The position numbers and the translations under genes were made by a program. A DNA stretch of 34,160 bases from a virus (taxonomy: Duplodnaviria > Caudoviricetes). Positions 27,627 to 34,160 of this stretch are shown piece by piece. How positions within the stretch are numbered: the first letter of the stretch is position 1; every line of letters starts with the position of its first letter. Below the pieces are notes generated by a model, which saw only the letters and a list, made by a program, of their open reading frames with translations, did not search any database and was not told where the DNA came from. The stretch lies in IMG/VR virus record IMGVR_UViG_3300025838_000088, positions 1-34,160 of that record; one strand, written 5' to 3'.

Positions 27627-28364
27627 TTACATTTGTACTATTACAGCTCCAGAAGGAGTTTTATCAGTAACAACGATGCGTCCAGCAGAATCTCCTCTTG
27701 ATGGTGATTTGCCATAAATCTTTGGAATTCCTTTGTTATCCTTAGATTCAGGATCGAACCGTTGGTCCTCTCGTCTAGCTCTCAATCTAAAATACAATTC
27801 GTGTGTTTTAGCATACTCTTTCGATTCTGTCATTTTACCATTAAGATTCAATTCATTTTTCTTCACATCATATTTTCCAGTTACATTCATTGGTCCAATG
27901 TACATATAATCTATTGGACCGCCCATCTTTTCATTACCAACAACTATCTTAATCTTATCATTATTTCCTATTTTGCCATAAACATCAGGAACTTTATCAC
28001 CAACAACAAGTTTTTCTTTTTTGGTCAATTGTTCAAATGCTGAAATCATAAACTTTTTTGCTATACCTGGAACAGCTAACTCTAATCCTTTTAATCCGCC
28101 GCCTGCAAGTGAAGGTGCAGATTCACCTTTGAGTGATAGATTAATATCTTTTGTTTTTTTACCATCAAACACTTTAAAAATTACATCTGTATAAGGTTCT
28201 GATCCACCAACTTGTCGACCATCGTATTTTTTCGCTTCAATAACTCCAGTTATTTTTGTTTTACCCGCAATAACTGTTATTGGATTATTTTTATTTTTTT
28301 TGACAGCAGAATTAACACTATCAATAACACCTTTTTCTTGTCGTTCAGCAGATGCACCGGCCAT
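27627..28364 (-). CDS. Putative PD-(D/E)XK-fold endonuclease
   Basis: N-terminal ERQE helix, PYTDV, NLSLKG; Lys-rich. Confidence 0.55.
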   Translation of the reverse strand: MAGASAERQEKGVIDSVNSAVKKNKNNPITVIAGKTKITGVIEAKKYDGRQVGGSEPYTDVIFKVFDGKKTKDINLSLKGESAPSLAGGGLKGLELAVPGIAKKFMISAFEQLTKKEKLVVGDKVPDVYGKIGNNDKIKIVVGNEKMGGPIDYMYIGPMNVTGKYDVKKNELNLNGKMTESKEYAKTHELYFRLRARREDQRFDPESKDNKGIPKIYGKSPSRGDSAGRIVVTDKTPSGAVIVQM

Positions 28365-28370
28365 TATTAT

Positions 28371-28393
28371 CTCCCAAATAAGGAGTATTTATC
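28371..28393 (-). promoter_or_regulatory. Late-promoter-like GATAAATA plus short SD-occluding hairpin
   Basis: Minus strand reads GATAAATA-CTCCT-TATTT-GGGAG-ATAATA-ATG. Confidence 0.5.
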
Positions 28394-29495
28394 TAATAAT
28401 TTGAATGTCTTTTCCAGATGTCCAAACTTCCAGTTCAGTCCTCAATCTACCTTCCGATTTTAATGTTTCATAACGATTTGTGGCTTTGTTTTTCCACCAT
28501 TGTACTATATTCTCCATCTCAAACTTATCATAGTTCTCATCTTTAACCAATACATCTGTTTTACCATTGACAACATCAATGAAGTTTTTAAATCCATAGT
28601 TAGAGATATAGTAACGTTTTTGTTCTGTCAATTGCTTTGCATTATATATCACCTCATTGAATTTGTCAAGCTCTGGTGTACCTTTAAGAGCAGTTTTGGT
28701 TAATGCAATAATCTTCATACTAATTTTTAATTTTCTACTTGAAATATCCTCATCAACTATTTCACCTACTTTAGATTCAACAAAATCACGTAAATCTGAG
28801 TAAGGTTTACCATGCATCATTGGTAGAAAATCACTTTCAGTTTCACCTTTATGTCGAATGTATGGTTTCATACCATCATATTGTGAAGATGATTTGGTTG
28901 AACCATAAAGACTTGTTGTTTCAAAGAGACACAGGTTCATATTGTACTTCTTGTTGACAATTTCGCGGACTGTATGAGAACAACAGATGGCGGCCAAGAG
29001 TTTACCACCAAGATAATTATAACCAAATGGCTGTGTAGGAACAATCACAAAGCCCATCATTGCAGTATTATTGAATGCTTTACCACCCTCTGGAGTCTGT
29101 GTAAAGACTTGTCCTAACATTGCATTTCTAGGTTTGCAGTTGATTACAGGTGAACCTAGACGAATGAATCCTAAGAACTTACCAGTGTTCTTTTCTTTGA
29201 CGGCCAAATGAACACTACGACCAACAGGTCTGATATTGATATGGGATGAAGTGATGTTTAGTAGTGATTCCCAAGTATCATTGGCAACAGTAGTGACTTC
29301 AATATCCATATCACTAGGAGACATTGAAAAATCTGAGAAAAGGTCATCTTCTGGTGAAAAGAGAGGATTTGAAGGCATCTCTGCAAGAGAAGCCAACTTT
29401 TGGTCCCGCATGTATTCATCAATACGGCTGAAGCTACTGAAATAGTTCTCAAATACTTTGGCACAATGAATTGCATCCTCTTTGGTTAAATTCAT
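28389..29495 (-). CDS. DUF4338 (DruA)/Mom-like protein
   Basis: GR......V.....GK.LG.I.LGSP, PFGYNYLGGKLLA, TTSLYG...SSQY. Confidence 0.7.
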   Translation of the reverse strand: MNLTKEDAIHCAKVFENYFSSFSRIDEYMRDQKLASLAEMPSNPLFSPEDDLFSDFSMSPSDMDIEVTTVANDTWESLLNITSSHINIRPVGRSVHLAVKEKNTGKFLGFIRLGSPVINCKPRNAMLGQVFTQTPEGGKAFNNTAMMGFVIVPTQPFGYNYLGGKLLAAICCSHTVREIVNKKYNMNLCLFETTSLYGSTKSSSQYDGMKPYIRHKGETESDFLPMMHGKPYSDLRDFVESKVGEIVDEDISSRKLKISMKIIALTKTALKGTPELDKFNEVIYNAKQLTEQKRYYISNYGFKNFIDVVNGKTDVLVKDENYDKFEMENIVQWWKNKATNRYETLKSEGRLRTELEVWTSGKDIQIIR

Positions 29496-30865
29496 ACTTT
29501 AAATCCATCAAATGATTTCTTATTAGGCTTCTTAGCTATATCAGCTGAACCAACGTCAACCAATCCTTCTTGGCCTGATTGTTCCACATCATACAGTTTC
29601 ATCTTTGCTCTGTCAATACCAACTGTGAATCTTTTATAGAATGTTGGATCATTATAACGATTTTTCAATTGTTTTACCATAATTTGACCCATCTCTTCTA
29701 GTTCTTCAGAAGTGATTAGAGCAAACATCAAGTCGGCGGTAGCTGGCAAACCAAAACTCTCACTTGTGTCTTCGAGTCCTGGATCGGAAGATGAAAAACC
29801 GGACCTTGTGGTCTGAGTTGCAGAAACAATTGGGACTCCATATTCAACGGCAAGTCCTCGCAATTCTTCTGCGATAGATTTAACATAAGTGTAAGAATTG
29901 ACATTTGATCCTGCTTTAATTCGAGAACTGCAACATATGTTAAGATAATCAACAAAAATAATATCAGGCCGAAAATTCTTTTTAAGATAGAGTTCATTCA
30001 ATAGAGTCCTAAAATGTGTTGTGGATGCCGATGCAGTAGGATACTCTTTGATTATAAGTTTTCCAGTGGTTTTGGCTTTTACTTTTTCAACTTTTCTATC
30101 ATACATATCTTTAGATAAACTCACCAAATCATCCAAAGAAACATTCAATAAATTCGCATCTATTCTTTCTGCAATACGTTCTTCAGCCATTTCCATAGTG
30201 ATGTAAAGAACATTTCGACCCAACGACATAGCTCCAGCGGCACAATGACACATAAAAAGTGACTTACCGACACCAGTACCAGCAAGAGCAATATTAAGAG
30301 TTTTAGCAGGAAGACCACCTTTTGTAATCTTGTTAAAGAATTCCAAGTCAAATGGAATTCGCTCTTCATGTCTGTGGTAAAACTCATAACGCTCATCACT
30401 ATTCTCCAAATAATCGTGGCCTACAGATGTATCAAAACTTATTGCCAAGGCGTCTGATAATATTTTGGGAATCTGACCTTTGTCGTGTGTTTTGTCTTTA
30501 CCATCGAGAATAGAAATAGACCCCAATACTGCATTGTAGATTGCTTTCTCTTGACAGAATTTTTCGGTTTTGTCAACAAGCCATTGAATTTCGGATCCCT
30601 CTCTGCTAGACGATGCAACCTCAGATAGATATACTTCACACTTTGCCACTTCTTCATCAGTAAGATTTCGCCTTTCTTTGATAGCCAAACCAAGTGCTTC
30701 AATCGTTGGTGGGTTATTGTAAGTGTCTGTGAATTGTGATGTCTCTTCATATATTACTTTTTCTGTTCTATCTGTAAAGTAATCAGCCTTCAAGAAGGGA
30801 AGAACTTTTCTTAGATATTCCTCCGAGTAAATCAGGTGTTTCAGTATCGTCTGTTCTATTTTCAT
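29492..30865 (-). CDS. gp41: Replicative DNA helicase (T4 gp41-like)
   Basis: AGTGVGKS, ITMEMAE, IKEYPT, VDYLNI, SATQTTR, SESFGLPATAD, QLKNRY. Confidence 0.97.
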   Translation of the reverse strand: MKIEQTILKHLIYSEEYLRKVLPFLKADYFTDRTEKVIYEETSQFTDTYNNPPTIEALGLAIKERRNLTDEEVAKCEVYLSEVASSSREGSEIQWLVDKTEKFCQEKAIYNAVLGSISILDGKDKTHDKGQIPKILSDALAISFDTSVGHDYLENSDERYEFYHRHEERIPFDLEFFNKITKGGLPAKTLNIALAGTGVGKSLFMCHCAAGAMSLGRNVLYITMEMAEERIAERIDANLLNVSLDDLVSLSKDMYDRKVEKVKAKTTGKLIIKEYPTASASTTHFRTLLNELYLKKNFRPDIIFVDYLNICCSSRIKAGSNVNSYTYVKSIAEELRGLAVEYGVPIVSATQTTRSGFSSSDPGLEDTSESFGLPATADLMFALITSEELEEMGQIMVKQLKNRYNDPTFYKRFTVGIDRAKMKLYDVEQSGQEGLVDVGSADIAKKPNKKSFDGFKV

Positions 30866-31145
30866 CAATCATTTCCTCGTCAAGATTGGCAGTCATTAAT
30901 TCTACCAATAGGTCACCCGCAAATTGCTTAAAGTCTGGATCTTTTTCCAGTTTTTTAGGTTTAGCCACAGGTGATTCTAACACATAATAAGCAAAAAGTA
31001 AACGGGTCTGGTCTAATTCTTCCTTAAAAGATACCTTTCCATATTTGAAAACAGTATCTTTGTATATTCCAGACAACACTTTAATATGTGTTATATCTTT
31101 TTCATCCTTAGGATAAATGAAACAATAATCAATGCCTTCTATCAT
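30783..31145 (-). CDS. gp40-like head vertex assembly chaperone
   Basis: Size and uvsX-X-gp41 synteny as in T4; G.YK......GKV.F motif. Confidence 0.5.
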   Translation of the reverse strand: MIEGIDYCFIYPKDEKDITHIKVLSGIYKDTVFKYGKVSFKEELDQTRLLFAYYVLESPVAKPKKLEKDPDFKQFAGDLLVELMTANLDEEMIDENRTDDTETPDLLGGISKKSSSLLEG

Positions 31146-32179
31146 TCTTCTTCCGTATGCATAATTTCACCAGTGGTAATACTGTATTTGTTTTCAACAA
31201 AATCTAAGAATGTTTGGTCTGCTAGAATAGATGTCCAAAACTCTTTGGTATCAGTATCTTTGATACGATATTTCTTTTCTTCAACTTCACCAGTTCCAGG
31301 AGTTACCTTTGAATACCAACCATTGCTAGGTTTGATAACGTGTCCGGATTCAATTGCAATATCCAAAAGGCCAGACCATTTGCTAATACCGCCATCGAAA
31401 GATACAGTAACAGGGATTTTAGATTTTTCTTTGACATATCGGCTCTTTTCTACATTAATAATGAAATGATATCCGACAATCTCAGTTCCTTCTTTTTCTT
31501 GTTGACGACCTAAGATAAAGATATTGTCAGCGGAATAATAAGAACCTGTACCACCACCAACGATGTCTTTAGGAAACATACCAATTTCTTTGTAAGTATG
31601 ATTGACCACAATCATTGGAATATCTTTGATATTAAGATGTGGTGTGACCATTCTGAACAATGATTTTACTTGTTTAGCACGAGACATATCAGCAACGGAC
31701 TTTTCAGCTAAAGCATCTTCAACTTCTTTCTTGGATGCCAAATTACCAATTGAATCAATGATGATAATTAGTTTATCATTTCTTTCCAAATCAGTTAACT
31801 GTTTCATTATATCAAACTTTAATTGCTCAATATCAGTAAGCGGAGTGTGAAGCACCCGATTAGTGTCAATACCAAAAGAATCAAAATAGGATTGAGGAGT
31901 ACCAAACTCAGAATCATAAAACAACAAAGCGGAGTCTTCATATTTGTCCATATAAGATTTGGCCATCAATAAAGAAAATGCAGTCTTAAAATGCTTGGAT
32001 GGACCTGCCCACATTGTAAGACCGGGTGTTAAACCACCGTCCAACTTACCAGATAATGCAACGTTAATCATTGGTACTGGTGTTGGTATCATATCCTTCT
32101 GTGTGAAGAATTTTGATTTGGATAGAATGGCAGAATCTTTGATGCTGCTGTTCTTTTTGATTTTGTCTAATATACTCAT
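31142..32179 (-). CDS. uvsX: RecA-like recombinase
   Basis: AGPSKHFKT, FYDSEFG, IDSIGNLASKKE, VNHTY, GGTG..YSAD. Confidence 0.97.
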   Translation of the reverse strand: MSILDKIKKNSSIKDSAILSKSKFFTQKDMIPTPVPMINVALSGKLDGGLTPGLTMWAGPSKHFKTAFSLLMAKSYMDKYEDSALLFYDSEFGTPQSYFDSFGIDTNRVLHTPLTDIEQLKFDIMKQLTDLERNDKLIIIIDSIGNLASKKEVEDALAEKSVADMSRAKQVKSLFRMVTPHLNIKDIPMIVVNHTYKEIGMFPKDIVGGGTGSYYSADNIFILGRQQEKEGTEIVGYHFIINVEKSRYVKEKSKIPVTVSFDGGISKWSGLLDIAIESGHVIKPSNGWYSKVTPGTGEVEEKKYRIKDTDTKEFWTSILADQTFLDFVENKYSITTGEIMHTEEE

Positions 32180-32193
32180 TTCACGTCCTTTGT

Positions 32194-33195
32194 TTAAGTG
32201 TTTCTTTTGTAGAAGTTAATGTCTTCTTCATCATTTGCCATTTTAAAATTAGATTTGATGCCTATTACTCCCAAATCTCTTTTTTTTAAAGCCTTCTCTT
32301 GTTTAGTATCTATTGGAGAACCAACATCAGGAATAATAGCATCTTTTGGTTTGACAGGCTCAGGTTCTGTATAAGAGTCTTCTATATCTTTGAGTGCTTC
32401 ATCTGTTGGTTTTTCAACAACATTAGTATCATAAAATAAAATATCTTCTTGTTTGTTTTCTTTAAGTGACATATTACCAGCTATCAATAACAATACAGCA
32501 AGAGGATCAAATACAATCATAATCAATATAATTACTAACCGTACTGCTTTATCTATGATGTCTCTATCACCAGATCCATATATTAACTCAGCAACATATT
32601 TTATTGGACCAAAGTCCGATTCCGCCTTTTGTAATGCCACATTAAGAGGGCCTCTTTCCTCGTTAAGGGCAGAAATTGTTTTTTGTGATTCTGATATCTC
32701 TTGGCTAATTCGACTGCGGTCTTTCGCTTGGGATTTGCGGATGGCAACCGCTTTGTCCGCACCTTTTTCATCAGATGAGCGTGCCATAATTTGGTCCACG
32801 CTCTCATCAAGTTGTTTGAGAACCGTACGATTGGCATTTATATTCTCCTTTTCGGTTTTAATCTTCTCATCCAACATTGTTACTTTATCAACTAATGGTG
32901 ACATATCAGCAGAATGTTCTAAATGAGCCTTTGACAAGTAACCAAAAATACCCATCGAGGTAATCATCATTAGAATAACGATAGCACTTACCATATAATA
33001 CTTCATCATTCTTGGTGCAGTATTCCAATTATGATACACCCATGATGTTGTAACAAGTTTGGATCCTTCTAATACTGAACCCATAATTATAATAGGCCAA
33101 TAAGAACCAGGAAAGATTGCAGCCAGGCCTATAACTGAATATAGTCCGGCACACGCAGATAAAGCAAAAGCAGCAAGAAATACAAAAAATATCAT
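32194..33195 (-). CDS. Multi-TM membrane protein with long coiled coil
   Basis: Three N-terminal TM segments, GIFGYLSKAH, coiled coil, GPIKY.A, TM IVFDPLAVLLL. Confidence 0.8.
   Translation of the reverse strand: MIFFVFLAAFALSACAGLYSVIGLAAIFPGSYWPIIIMGSVLEGSKLVTTSWVYHNWNTAPRMMKYYMVSAIVILMMITSMGIFGYLSKAHLEHSADMSPLVDKVTMLDEKIKTEKENINANRTVLKQLDESVDQIMARSSDEKGADKAVAIRKSQAKDRSRISQEISESQKTISALNEERGPLNVALQKAESDFGPIKYVAELIYGSGDRDIIDKAVRLVIILIMIVFDPLAVLLLIAGNMSLKENKQEDILFYDTNVVEKPTDEALKDIEDSYTEPEPVKPKDAIIPDVGSPIDTKQEKALKKRDLGVIGIKSNFKMANDEEDINFYKRNT
32601..32837 (-). CDS. Candidate overprinted 78 aa basic protein
   Basis: AAGGAG SD 8 nt before ATG; host-frame codons become GC3-rich over this interval. 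Confidence 0.45.
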   Translation of the reverse strand: MPIVRFSNNLMRAWTKLWHAHLMKKVRTKRLPSANPKRKTAVELAKRYQNHKKQFLPLTRKEALLMWHYKRRNRTLVQ

Positions 33196-34160
33196 GAGAA
33201 GAAATCCTCTAAAGAACTAACTTTTTCTGTCGACCATCCCATACAATCTAAAATTACTTTGATTGGTTCAAGAAAAGTCTTTTCGAATTGTGTATCATAA
33301 TCGATATAACGAGAAATGTCAAATTCTTTAGGCAATCTTGCCGGATAAGAGATAACAGTATCTTTAAACGGATTTGGCATCCGAAGATAAGAAAACTTAA
33401 TCTTCTCACCTTCCTGAATCAATGGATACTTCTTGGTTAGTCCCATTTGTTTCAGATGATGATTGTATAGTATGGCGCCTTTAACGTGAATAGGAGTTCC
33501 AAGTTTATACAACTGCAACGAATCGGCATACTTGGTCAATCCATTGATACCACGTGGGAAAGATATATCTTCTGGTGGCAGGCTGCTAAAATATGTTTTG
33601 AATTCGGCAATAAACTTGTGCATATCTTCTTCTGTTCCAGAAATCATAATCTTAATGGACTCTTTCATCTTACTACGAACAGCAGCAGGAGTAGATGACT
33701 TAATCATTTCAAGTCCCATGACTTTCAAGTCTGGTTCATGGTAACGAACACCCTCATTATCATACACATTCATAATGTATCGTTTTTTGGCAGTCCAAAT
33801 ACCTTTATTTGCAAGTGCCTCACGTTTCATCTGCATCTTTTGACCATACGCTTTGACATAAAGTGCCAACTCTTCATATGACTTATTAATGTAAGGTTCA
33901 ATTTTCGATTTGCAAACACGATCCATGAAATCGATTACCTTAGTGATAGAATTTGTATCAGTACAAACCTTTTCAACCAATGGACCAAGTTTAAGATAGA
34001 TTGAATCTGTATCAGAAGCAATGACGTAATCCACATCTTTTGTTTCCAACAACTTATTCATGTACTCATTGAGTTTGGCTTCTATCCATCTAATACTAAG
34101 TTGACCAGCTGTCGTGACACCCAAAGCCATCCTAAGGTCATAAAAACGAAAATACTGAGA
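33192..34160 (-). CDS. gp43: Family B DNA polymerase (T4 gp43-like), C-terminal part
   Basis: Frame open to the window edge (SQYFRFYDLRMA..); TTAGQ, SDTDS, MKRE, AKKRY, GLE..KSSTP. Confidence 0.97.
   Translation of the reverse strand, partial: SQYFRFYDLRMALGVTTAGQLSIRWIEAKLNEYMNKLLETKDVDYVIASDTDSIYLKLGPLVEKVCTDTNSITKVIDFMDRVCKSKIEPYINKSYEELALYVKAYGQKMQMKREALANKGIWTAKKRYIMNVYDNEGVRYHEPDLKVMGLEMIKSSTPAAVRSKMKESIKIMISGTEEDMHKFIAEFKTYFSSLPPEDISFPRGINGLTKYADSLQLYKLGTPIHVKGAILYNHHLKQMGLTKKYPLIQEGEKIKFSYLRMPNPFKDTVISYPARLPKEFDISRYIDYDTQFEKTFLEPIKVILDCMGWSTEKVSSLEDFFS

Noticed and set aside
413-33744. All plus-strand ORFs in the track (e.g. 10687-11223, 14546-14956, 32453-32926)
   Set aside because: They are antisense shadows of minus-strand genes with no recognisable motifs.
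1-34160. Stop-codon recoding, tRNAs, CRISPR arrays, integrase or IS elements
   Set aside because: Core genes are full length in the standard code, intergenic gaps are too short, and no such repeats or motifs were seen.

Overview
This is a 34 kb segment of an AT-rich T4-like (myovirus-type) phage genome. All credible genes are on the minus strand and use the standard code; spanins and lipoboxes imply a Gram-negative host. In transcription order (right to left) it holds: (1) a replication core (gp43 polymerase 3' part, membrane protein, UvsX, gp40-like, gp41 helicase); (2) a DUF4338/Mom-like gene, a PD-(D/E)XK-like nuclease and an ~7 kb glycosyl/methyl/nucleotidyl-transferase island; (3) a late-promoter block (~20.7-11.2 kb) of probable head-internal proteins with T4 capsid-targeting-like N-termini, including extremely His-rich enzymes (ligase-like, nuclease-like, HIGH-nucleotidyltransferase-kinase fusion); (4) an expanded lysis cassette (Rz with embedded Rz1, GH19 endolysin, extra lipoproteins, holin candidates); (5) primase, ThyX, MazG-like, NrdAB, GIY-YIG and RNase H; (6) a perfect sigma70 promoter with an upstream palindrome. 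The best candidate for an undescribed system is the His-rich, apparently protease-matured and virion-delivered enzyme set. A second is an apparently real overprinted gene inside the membrane-protein gene next to gp43. All family assignments come from motif recognition by eye, not database searches.
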